Assembly (NCBI GenBank): GCA_029762535.1
Contig: JARVGK010000006.1
Coordinates: 1-64,000, forward strand
Direction of reading: 5' to 3'
Origin: Thermoplasmatota archaeon
Lineage (GTDB): Archaea; Thermoplasmatota; Penumbrarchaeia; Penumbrarchaeales; Penumbrarchaeaceae
Length of the DNA stretch: 64,000 nt
In this document: positions 47,543-55,956 of the stretch, piece by piece
How positions within the stretch are numbered: the stretch's first letter is position 1
Layout of the letters: each line of letters begins with the position of its first letter
Program-made: the position numbers and the translations under genes
Notes under the pieces: model-generated
Databases searched by the model: none
Seen by the model: the letters and a program-made list of their open reading frames with translations, nothing else
Told to the model about the DNA's origin: nothing

Positions 47543-49172
47543 CCTTTTCCTCCTTTTCAGCGAATACCGCATCATCGTAGTATCTTGGTTCGACGTTCCT
47601 TACCACATCTATGATGGTCCCGTCCCTGTATTCGATCAAAGCAACGATCTCATCTCCCCAGTTAGGTTCGACCTTGGTCTGGGTTATCTCGTAGGCCTGC
47701 CTTTGAAGGTCCTCTATGGTCGTTATCTTCATGTCCCGGGGTATCTTGACCGAAGCGAGCTTTTCAAGAAGGTCGATCCTTCGCGGGTTCATCGCTATGC
47801 CCCGCTCTGTCACGACGACGTCAATGTTCTCTCCAGGGGTCACCACGGTGTTGACCCTGTCGACCACGACCGGATACCTTCCTCTGAAAAGAGGGACGGT
47901 CAATATCGTCAGGCTAGCTCCGGCCGCGGTGTCCGAGTGCCCTCCGACGGGCTCGGCTATGATGCCGTTGGACATCGTGACCGAATTAACGTTATAATCC
48001 AGATCCACCTCGGTCGCGCCCAGGACGACTATGTCCAGCTTGTTGACGGTACATCCTCTCCCATGTATGTTGGCGTATGCTCCGATAGGCAGGTCAACGT
48101 GGATCTTGGGGTTCTCCTTCATGTTATGTATGGCGGCCACATCGAATGCCTGGCCCGTGATGAGTTTCTTCACTGTCCCATCGAGGAGCATCTCGACAAG
48201 GAATTTCGTGGTCCCGCCCTGGGCCCAGGCGGCCTTCACCCCCTTTTCCTTCATCCTCTGATGAAGGAATTCCGTGAAAGCAAGCGAGATCCCCCCGGCC
48301 CCCGCTTGAAAGCTCATCCCCTCCTTGACGTAACCCAATAGGTCCGCGATCCTCATCGCGTCCTTGGCTATCTTGAGCCTGGTGGGCGAGTTGGTTATCC
48401 TGAGTTCGCCTGAGGCGATCTTGTTCGGATCCCCTATCTTGTCCACGACGACCACGTAATCTACCAGCTCCTGGCCGATGGACATGGGGAAGTTGGGATA
48501 TTCCACAAGATGGTCCGTCACTGCGATAACATGGTCGGCGAAGTGAGCATCGGCATAGGCGAAATTGATCGTACCGCAAGCTGATGGGCCGTTGATCGCG
48601 TTGAGATTTCCCAGTTCATCTGCGGATGGTGCTCCTATGAAGGCCACATCCACGTGTATGTCACCGGCCTCGATCGCCCGGACCCTTCCCCCATGGGACC
48701 GGATCCTCATAGGTTGGTTGAGATATCTTCCTGAGCTTACGAGCCTCCCGAACTCGCCCCTTGCGGAACCGCCTTCGACCTTTTTGATCGTCCCGTTCAT
48801 TATACATCGGATTATTGCCTCCTCCTGGCAGGGGAATGTGGATGAGGGGGCAAGGATGAGGTCCTTTATTCCCTTCCTCTCGATCTCCGCAAGGACCATG
48901 TTCATCACATGGTCCCCGTTCCTGAAATGGTGGTGGAAGGATATGGTCATGCCGTCCTTCAACCCGATCTTTTCCATTGCCTCGCCAAGTGTTTTCACAA
49001 CCTCGTTCTCCTCGGAGGCAACATATCCGAGCTTGGGTCCGTACTTATGGTCCTTGACCGGCCTGTGGGCGAAGGGACCTTTGTAAGGTATCAGCTCCAC
49101 ACCATCGATGGACCTCGGGACCTTTCTACCCAGGGAGTTCTCCACCCACTCCACATCCGAGATCTTCACCAT
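47520..49172 (-). CDS. citF: Citrate lyase alpha subunit (citrate CoA-transferase)
   Basis: [35 protein letters not shown]...NVN, GGHSDTA and EYRDGT.ID. Confidence 0.9.
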   Translation of the reverse strand: MVKISDVEWVENSLGRKVPRSIDGVELIPYKGPFAHRPVKDHKYGPKLGYVASEENEVVKTLGEAMEKIGLKDGMTISFHHHFRNGDHVMNMVLAEIERKGIKDLILAPSSTFPCQEEAIIRCIMNGTIKKVEGGSARGEFGRLVSSGRYLNQPMRIRSHGGRVRAIEAGDIHVDVAFIGAPSADELGNLNAINGPSACGTINFAYADAHFADHVIAVTDHLVEYPNFPMSIGQELVDYVVVVDKIGDPNKIASGELRITNSPTRLKIAKDAMRIADLLGYVKEGMSFQAGAGGISLAFTEFLHQRMKEKGVKAAWAQGGTTKFLVEMLLDGTVKKLITGQAFDVAAIHNMKENPKIHVDLPIGAYANIHGRGCTVNKLDIVVLGATEVDLDYNVNSVTMSNGIIAEPVGGHSDTAAGASLTILTVPLFRGRYPVVVDRVNTVVTPGENIDVVVTERGIAMNPRRIDLLEKLASVKIPRDMKITTIEDLQRQAYEITQTKVEPNWGDEIVALIEYRDGTIIDVVRNVEPRYYDDAVFAEKEEKDVERREN

Positions 49173-50116
49173 CAGTCATCGCCTCCACCGCTTTTTTTTG
49201 CCTTCTGCTGCATCATCTCCGTCACTTCCTCGGGAGATGGTATGTCAAGGTCCGCCATCTTGGCGATCTCGAGCACCCTCTCGGCCTTGAGCACTATTGG
49301 TCTGTCTATCATCTTCGCCCCTAGGGCGACCGCTCCTGAGCCCTTCTTTTTCGCTTCCTCGATAGCCATCTTCACCCTAACGGCGTAGAGGATCTGCTCT
49401 GGGGTTGGATCGAAAACCGAATGTATTATCTCGACCTGGCTGGGATGGATGCATGCCTTTCCATCGTAACCCATTGTCTTTATCATCTCGGTCTCCTTTC
49501 TCAAACCTTCGGGGTCGCCGAAATCAGAATAGACAGTATCTATTGCTTGTATCCCGGCGGCCTTGGCCGCGAGAAGTACCATCGACCTAGCCGTGTTTAT
49601 CGCCGTTCCTGTGCTGGACCTCTCACCCCCGAGATCCGCTGTAAGGTCCTCTCCGCCTATGGTAAGCGCCTCGAGTCTTTTGGAGCATCTTGCGATATCA
49701 TATGCGTTGATGATGCCCTTTGCCGTCTCCAATGTCGCGAACAGCTTTATCCTGCCTATTGGGAGGCCTTTCTTCTCCTCCAGGTCGGTCACGATATCAT
49801 CCACCTGTATGACGTCCTCCCTGGACTCGACCTTCGGAATGTATATGCCGTGCAGTTTCTCCGAGACTATCTGTTTGATGTCCCATTTCCCGTAGGGCGT
49901 GCTCATCGGATTGATCCTCACGGTGACCTCGGTCGCTGGGCCGAAATCGATGACCTTCAATGCCTCGGAGACGAGCATCCTGGCATCGGTCTTGTATTCG
50001 AGGGGAACGGAGTCCTCAAGGTCTAATGATATTACATCGGCGCCGTATAGACCTGCTGGGGGTATCATCTTCGGGTTGTTCCCTGGGACGTATAGCCTGG
50101 AACGTCTGAGCCTCAT
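49172..50116 (-). CDS. citE: Citrate lyase beta subunit (citryl-CoA lyase)
   Basis: RRS.LYVPGN, DLEDSV, VRIN, ETA.G, G.EDL and GK..IHP.Q. Confidence 0.9.
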   Translation of the reverse strand: MRLRRSRLYVPGNNPKMIPPAGLYGADVISLDLEDSVPLEYKTDARMLVSEALKVIDFGPATEVTVRINPMSTPYGKWDIKQIVSEKLHGIYIPKVESREDVIQVDDIVTDLEEKKGLPIGRIKLFATLETAKGIINAYDIARCSKRLEALTIGGEDLTADLGGERSSTGTAINTARSMVLLAAKAAGIQAIDTVYSDFGDPEGLRKETEMIKTMGYDGKACIHPSQVEIIHSVFDPTPEQILYAVRVKMAIEEAKKKGSGAVALGAKMIDRPIVLKAERVLEIAKMADLDIPSPEEVTEMMQQKAKKSGGGDD

Positions 50117-50397
50117 TCAAAAGCGCCCCCTTTTATCGCAGCGGCCTTGGTGCGCGCCACTATGGTGAAGTTCAGAGGGCTCTTACCAGAGCTCCAAACG
50201 ATGGCGTCCTCTATGCCCATACCGTGAAGCGTATTATCAAAGATCCGGAAGACCTCATCCCTGAAGACATCTCGGGATTTCCCCACTATTTCTATCTTTA
50301 TACCAGTCCCGGGCTCTGCGGGCGAGAGCTTTACTATGCAGTCCTCTCTCTCCTCGGTGCCGGCCTGGGCCTCCCTTAGCAGCTTTCTTGCGGCCAT
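50113..50397 (-). CDS. citD: Citrate lyase gamma subunit (ACP)-like protein lacking the attachment serine
   Basis: 94 aa directly upstream of citE. AQAGTEERED aligns with the canonical AVAGTLESxD. Confidence 0.75.
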   Translation of the reverse strand: MAARKLLREAQAGTEEREDCIVKLSPAEPGTGIKIEIVGKSRDVFRDEVFRIFDNTLHGMGIEDAIVWSSGKSPLNFTIVARTKAAAIKGGAFE

Positions 50398-50409
50398 GAC
50401 ATCACAACC

Positions 50410-52332
50410 TCATGAAAGCTGGCTCTTGGTATAATTGAGGGTTCCGCCGAGCCTGATGGTCTCCAGCTCCCTATCGGAGAGATCGTGGACGAGCTTTATC
50501 TTCGATCCCTTGTTCACTACCTCAATGATCAACTCACCCTTGAGATCGCCCACTTCCAGCTTCAGCTGGTCACCCTTCTCTATCTTGTCGTAATCGGAAG
50601 GGTCATTGAAGGTCAAGGGTGGGATCCCGAAGTTAATTAGGTTCGCCCTGTGTATCCTTGCGAAGGACTTGACGATAACAGCTTTGACACCAAGGTATTT
50701 CGGTGCCAGTGCTGCGTGCTCTCTGGATGATCCCTGACCGTAATTGTCCCCGCCGATGACGAAACCACCTTTCTTCTCGAGCGCCCTCTGCGGGAAGGTG
50801 TTGTCCACCTGACTGAAGACGAATTCGGATATGGCCGGGACGTTGGACCTGAGAGGCAGGATCTTCGCTCCTGCGGGCATGATGTGGTCCGTCGTTATGT
50901 TGTCTCCGACCTTTATAAGGACCTCCCCATTAAGCTCCGGCGATAGCGGTTGGAAGTCCGGCAGCGGTTTTATGTTAGGACCTCTCAGGATCTCCACCTT
51001 TCCCGCCTCATCAGGGGGCAGCGGATACACTATTAAGCTGTCGTCGTAGTCGTAAACCTCAGGTTCATCGATCATGTGCATTTGACCGATCTCCCTCGGG
51101 TCCGCGAACTCTCCCTTTATCGCCGTATAGGCAGCTATCTCTGGGGAGACCAGATAGACCTGGGCATCCTTTGTACCTGACCGGCCTTCGAAGTTGCGGT
51201 TGAATGTCCTCACTGATATCGCTCCCGTGTTCGGAGCGAGACCCATTCCAATGCATGGTCCACAGGCGTTCTCGAGCATCCTGAAACCCGCTCCGACGAT
51301 ATCCGCCAGCGCGCCGTTCTTGGTTATCATCTTCACAATGGCCCTCGATCCGGGGGATACGGTAGCGGATACATCCTGATGGACCTTCTTCCCCTTCATT
51401 ATCTGGGCGACAACCATAAGGTCCCTGTATGATGAATTCGTGCAGGAACCCACGCATACCTGGTCCACTTTCATACCCAGAAGCTCTTTGAGGGTGACCA
51501 CCGCCCCTGGGGAATGAGGTTTTGCCACCATCGGCTCCAAGGATGAGAGGTCTATCTCCATGACCGTATCGTAAGCTGCGTCATCGTCAGCTTTCAGTTC
51601 GATCCATTGGTCCTCCCTGCCCTGTGCCTTGAGGAACTGCCTGGTGATCTCGTCCGAGGGAAATATGGAGGTCGTGGCTCCCGTTTCCGTCCCCATATTT
51701 GTGATCGTGGCCCTGTCCGGGACGCTCAAACTCTTAATGCCTGGGCCGAAATACTCAAGTATGAATCCCCTGCCTCCCTTTACATCGAGCCTTCTTAGGA
51801 CCTCGAGTATCACGTCCTTGCCGGATACCCAATCAGGAAGCTCACCCTTCAGATGGACCCCCATGATCTTCGGGTACTTCAGACCGAAGGCCCCACCTCC
51901 CATGGATACTGCGACATCGAGACCGCCTGCACCTATGGCGAGGGATGCCACGCCACCAGCAGTTGGTGTGTGGGAGTCCGATCCGATCAGGGTCTTTCCC
52001 GGCCTTGCGAAGCGTTCGAGCATTACCTGATGGCAGATCCCGTTGCCGGCCTTGGACAGCGTAATGCCATATCTCCTCGCGATGGATTGGAGATACCTGT
52101 GATCGTCAGCGTTCTTGAAATCGCTCTGCAGCGTGTTATGGTCTATGAATGATACGCTCAATTCGGTCTTTACCCGGTCAAGGCCCATTGCCTCGAACTG
52201 AAGGTATGCCATGGTCCCAGTAGCATCTTGGGTGAGCGTCTGGTCCATCTTGATCCCTATATCGGATCCTTTCTCTTCATCTCCTGATACGATATGTTCT
52301 CTGATGATCTTCTCCGAAAGGGTTAGTCCCAT
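50410..52332 (-). CDS. acn: Aconitate hydratase (short, ~640 aa type)
   Basis: QDATGTMA, DHN, GSDSHT, GSCTN, CGPCIG, NRNF, TTDHI and GSSREHA; SD AGGAGG. Confidence 0.9.
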   Translation of the reverse strand: MGLTLSEKIIREHIVSGDEEKGSDIGIKMDQTLTQDATGTMAYLQFEAMGLDRVKTELSVSFIDHNTLQSDFKNADDHRYLQSIARRYGITLSKAGNGICHQVMLERFARPGKTLIGSDSHTPTAGGVASLAIGAGGLDVAVSMGGGAFGLKYPKIMGVHLKGELPDWVSGKDVILEVLRRLDVKGGRGFILEYFGPGIKSLSVPDRATITNMGTETGATTSIFPSDEITRQFLKAQGREDQWIELKADDDAAYDTVMEIDLSSLEPMVAKPHSPGAVVTLKELLGMKVDQVCVGSCTNSSYRDLMVVAQIMKGKKVHQDVSATVSPGSRAIVKMITKNGALADIVGAGFRMLENACGPCIGMGLAPNTGAISVRTFNRNFEGRSGTKDAQVYLVSPEIAAYTAIKGEFADPREIGQMHMIDEPEVYDYDDSLIVYPLPPDEAGKVEILRGPNIKPLPDFQPLSPELNGEVLIKVGDNITTDHIMPAGAKILPLRSNVPAISEFVFSQVDNTFPQRALEKKGGFVIGGDNYGQGSSREHAALAPKYLGVKAVIVKSFARIHRANLINFGIPPLTFNDPSDYDKIEKGDQLKLEVGDLKGELIIEVVNKGSKIKLVHDLSDRELETIRLGGTLNYTKSQLS

Positions 52333-52509
52333 TTTATTCCTCCTTATCACCTGCCCATCGGGGCGATTGCCATAAGTCGAACCGATATATATATGTTACT
52401 GAATTATAATTATAGAAAATCTTTTTTATATTATTGTAGATGATTTCTTAAATTAATTTCCATTATAACGATGAATATATATATGATCGGGTGCATCATG
52501 TAAGCCAAT
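52333..52509. promoter_or_regulatory. AT-rich divergent promoter region (acn operon / regulator)
   Basis: Very AT-rich. ATATATATATG occurs twice (~52386 and ~52475), and several TTTATA/TTAAA boxes are present. Confidence 0.55.
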
Positions 52510-53664
52510 ATGAAGAACTTGAACGATGCTGAGAGAACGGCCCTGTTCGGTCTCGTGACATTTCCCGATCTCAACGACATGGACCTCTCACAACGTTTCT
52601 CAATGAAGTATTCCACATTCGCCTCGGCCAAGAGTCGCGTGATCGCAAAGGGATTCGTCGATGAGTACTATCTGCCCGTATTCCCTAGGCTTGGCTTCGA
52701 GCTATTGGCGACCGTATATACGGATTTCAACCCTGCTGTGACTGTGGAGGAACGCGTCAAGAACACGATAAAGCATGTAGAGGTCTATCCCGAGATGGTT
52801 TTTTCCCTCGGAGAGTCACACAGGGGTTTCTCGATATCGATCGCTGAGAACGTCACCCGCGTCATGAGGATATCACTCGAGAGGATCAAGTTGTTCGCTG
52901 AGCTGAACCTTCTGGAGATCGAGCTTCCCACGGAGATAATGCTTCCGTTCGAACTCTCGAACATTCATAGGTACTTCAACCTCTCACCACTGATCAATCT
53001 TACTTACTCCACCACGGGCAAGAGCGGGTCGGAGCTTTCCAAGGAATTCTCCATCCCCCGAAGCGATCTTCTTTTTGGGGATTCGATTATGCAGGTCAAT
53101 CCTAAAAACGAAAGATCGCAAGAGGACGATCTCTCCAGGGTGGAAAAGGAGCTGATGTACTATATAGTGAAGTACCCTCAACTATCGGCGGCAAAGCTCG
53201 CGAACATCGCCCCCTATTCTAGGCATACGATATCAAAGGTGAGGGAGGACATGCTGTATCGGGGTCTTCTAACCAAGCAGGTCATTCCGAACCTCAATGT
53301 ACTAGGATATTCCATACTCTCCCTGTTCCATGCCCGGATCGATCCAAGCAAACCCATAGATCCATCGACATGCAACCGGAGAGAGATCCTCCAGGATGAG
53401 ACCGTGTTCCTTGTCAGTAGGCCGACCGAGCTTTTGATGCTCGCCGTTTACGAGGATTACGTACATTACAACAAAGGCATGGGTGCTTTCATCCAGTTCC
53501 TCAAGTCAGGGAACTACATAACCAAGATCCCGACGATAAGGAACCACTCCCTCAAAGAGGCGATCATGATCAAGAGGTTCCAGTACCATGAGCTCCTGAG
53601 ACAGAGGTTCTCGCTCAATATCAAAGATGGTCGAGATACCAATATCGATGATCATCTCTCGTGA
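52510..53664 (+). CDS. Tandem-duplicated Lrp/AsnC-like winged-HTH transcriptional regulator
   Basis: Two homologous halves (L...E...L..LV.FP.L....L......ST.......GF......P....LG and LS..EK..M..IVKYP.LS...LA....SRHT.S......GL.....P....LGY). Confidence 0.65.
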   Translation: MKNLNDAERTALFGLVTFPDLNDMDLSQRFSMKYSTFASAKSRVIAKGFVDEYYLPVFPRLGFELLATVYTDFNPAVTVEERVKNTIKHVEVYPEMVFSLGESHRGFSISIAENVTRVMRISLERIKLFAELNLLEIELPTEIMLPFELSNIHRYFNLSPLINLTYSTTGKSGSELSKEFSIPRSDLLFGDSIMQVNPKNERSQEDDLSRVEKELMYYIVKYPQLSAAKLANIAPYSRHTISKVREDMLYRGLLTKQVIPNLNVLGYSILSLFHARIDPSKPIDPSTCNRREILQDETVFLVSRPTELLMLAVYEDYVHYNKGMGAFIQFLKSGNYITKIPTIRNHSLKEAIMIKRFQYHELLRQRFSLNIKDGRDTNIDDHLS

Positions 53665-53700
53665 TCATCAAACACTCTTAACAGATATCATTTGGTATTA

Positions 53701-53935
53701 AAATCACAGCAGAGTTTGGCATATTGATTTACATACCTCTGCCCAACGGTGACGTGAATTTGACGCTCCGTTGGGCTTAGAACATGCCAATGTAATTGGC
53801 AGGTTAGGTGAAATAACATCAGTTATTTTACGACTATTTCGAAGTCCCGTATCATATCGATCTTGACGCAAGGGACTTACGAAAAAACCCGATTTTCATT
53901 ATTTGTTGTGAGCCTCTGGCTCATGAGGGTTTTTT
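53701..53935. ncRNA. Candidate structured RNA or compound terminator between convergent genes
   Basis: At least six stem-loops in about 235 nt (see findings). Confidence 0.3.
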
Positions 53936-53936
53936 A

Positions 53937-54698
53937 TCAAACATCGAGCTCGATCCCGACCGGGCAATGATCGGAACCCGTTACTTCTTTTAATATGAAC
54001 GCGTCATTCAACTTTGGCAGCAACACCTCATCTAAGAAGAAATAATCTATCCTCCAGCCGATGTCGCGCTCTCTGGCCCTGGTCTTGTAATCCCACCAGG
54101 AATATGATACCTCTTCGGGATGCGTATGCCTGAAGGAATCAAAAAAACCCGAACCTATGACCTTGTCTATCCACTTCCTCTCGATGGGGAGGAATCCGGA
54201 TATCTTTTCGTTCTCCTTCGGCCTGGCCAGATCGATCTCGTTATGGGCAGTGTTCACATCGCCGCAGAACACCACTGCCCTACTCTTCCTGTATTCCAAT
54301 ATCCTCTCCAGGAAAGCCTCGTAGAAATCCAACTTGAACCTCAATCTCTCATCGCCCTGTTTACCATTGGGGAAGTATGCATTGAAGAGTATGAATTTCT
54401 CGTGATGGGAGATCACAAGCCTTCCCTCCCGATCTAAACTCTCGATCCCCAATCCGTATTCCACCTCTAAGGGTTCGTCCCTGGACCATGTGCTGACGCC
54501 TGAATATCCCTTCTTTTCTGCGGATGTAAAATACTTTTCAAAACCTTCAAAGTCAAGTATCACCGGGTCCAGCTGCTCAGGACGGGCCTTGGTCTCTTGT
54601 ATGCAGAATATGTCCGGTCCGTCCTCTTTGATGAATTCGAGCATGCCCTTGGATGCCGCGGACCTGATCCCGTTGACGTTCCACGATAAGAGCCTGAT
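53937..54698 (-). CDS. xth: Exodeoxyribonuclease III / AP endonuclease
   Basis: LSWNVNGIR, QETK, EGR, YFPN, GD.N.AH, WRIDY and SDHCP. The likely start is ATC 54698 after GAGGTGAT. Confidence 0.95.
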   Translation of the reverse strand: MRLLSWNVNGIRSAASKGMLEFIKEDGPDIFCIQETKARPEQLDPVILDFEGFEKYFTSAEKKGYSGVSTWSRDEPLEVEYGLGIESLDREGRLVISHHEKFILFNAYFPNGKQGDERLRFKLDFYEAFLERILEYRKSRAVVFCGDVNTAHNEIDLARPKENEKISGFLPIERKWIDKVIGSGFFDSFRHTHPEEVSYSWWDYKTRARERDIGWRIDYFFLDEVLLPKLNDAFILKEVTGSDHCPVGIELDV

Positions 54699-54702
54699 CG
54701 GA

Positions 54703-55956
54703 TCACCTCTTCTTGCGGGCCTTGATCTCGACGCTCGGGCTGAGATCGACAACGCTCTGACCCCTTACCAGGTCGTCGGGTATGGGCTTCTCCTTCTCGG
54801 ATACGAGATCTGGAAAGAGGGTGTTCAATTTCTTTGTTTCGAAGGGGCCCGAACGTAACAGCTTCGGAGGGTCCGTGCTCATATCGAGCACCGTATGGCC
54901 TATGCCGTAATGGGTAGGCCCTCCATCAACGGCTATTGTCACGGTTTCCCCCAGTTGCTTGAGCGCCTCCTGCATTGTAGAGGGTGGAGGCTGCCCATGG
55001 ATGTTCGCAGAAGTGCCACATATCTCTATCCTCTCCATCACCGCTTTCATGAAGATGTTCTCACCGTCGGCTAGAGAGACGGTCTTCAGATTGGATGTAA
55101 CATAGTCGGGCACCCGTTCCTTCTTCTTTATGAATATAATGGATATCGGCCCGTCCAATTCGTTCTCCAGCAATGCCATGGTTCTGTCATCGATCTTCGC
55201 GTAATCCGTGAAACGGCTTCTCGGGACTATCATGGTCAGAGGCATGTCCTCTCCGCGTTTCTTCATCGCGTAGATCCTCTTGATGGCCTCCGGACGTTTT
55301 ATTGAGGCGAAAAGCCCATAGGTTGTATCGAAGGGACCTAAAAGGACCTCCCCTCGATTCAACATCTCGACCACGGTATCGACATATTTTTCCTTTGCCG
55401 GAAATATCTTCACCTTTTCAACCTCCTTCATTCTATCATTGTCCTTGAAAGGTCTGCTCATCTCCGATATACCGCCCTTCTCTATAAGAAGGGGAAATAG
55501 TCCGCCTTTTTCGATAATATCCATTATGAAACCTTGAAGCGGGGGCAGCGGCGAATCCCAACCCTTGGTGATATTATGTAACCTGTTATCCTCTATCAGG
55601 ACGCTGTCACCGTCAGAGCAAGCATCGGGAAGGTCGGGGTCCTCGTAAAGCGGTATGCCGAGATTTATCAGGTTCCTCTTCATTATAGGGGCTATTGACT
55701 TGGCAATGACCGCTTTTATTCCCAGGAACCTCATGGCGTTTGAGGCATGCTCTCTTGAGGACCCCTTGCCGAAGTCCTCACCGGCGACGATCACATCGCC
55801 TTCTCTGACCCCGGAGGCGAACCCAGGATAATCCTGCTCAAGGCAATGAAGGGAATAATCCTCCTGTGGAAGATGCAGATACCTCGTAGGGGCCAGCGCA
55901 TCGGTATCGATATTATCCCCCAAAAGCCATATCCTTCCCTTTGCGATCTGTTTCAA
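54703..55956 (-). CDS. Fusion of a LeuD/HacB-type isomerase small subunit and a YrdC/Sua5 (TsaC) domain
   Basis: N-terminal GDNIDTD, FG.GSSREHA and RN.IN.G motifs; C-terminal P.DT.YGL, K.R, TSAN, DGG and LLR.G motifs; one continuous frame. Confidence 0.85.
   Translation of the reverse strand: MKQIAKGRIWLLGDNIDTDALAPTRYLHLPQEDYSLHCLEQDYPGFASGVREGDVIVAGEDFGKGSSREHASNAMRFLGIKAVIAKSIAPIMKRNLINLGIPLYEDPDLPDACSDGDSVLIEDNRLHNITKGWDSPLPPLQGFIMDIIEKGGLFPLLIEKGGISEMSRPFKDNDRMKEVEKVKIFPAKEKYVDTVVEMLNRGEVLLGPFDTTYGLFASIKRPEAIKRIYAMKKRGEDMPLTMIVPRSRFTDYAKIDDRTMALLENELDGPISIIFIKKKERVPDYVTSNLKTVSLADGENIFMKAVMERIEICGTSANIHGQPPPSTMQEALKQLGETVTIAVDGGPTHYGIGHTVLDMSTDPPKLLRSGPFETKKLNTLFPDLVSEKEKPIPDDLVRGQSVVDLSPSVEIKARKKR

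Noticed and set aside
23403-48341. Long antisense ORFs (e.g. 23403-24098, 31047-31955, 36691-37545, 47499-48341)
   Set aside because: They lie opposite well-supported genes and have no motifs; they are expected shadows in moderately GC-rich coding DNA.
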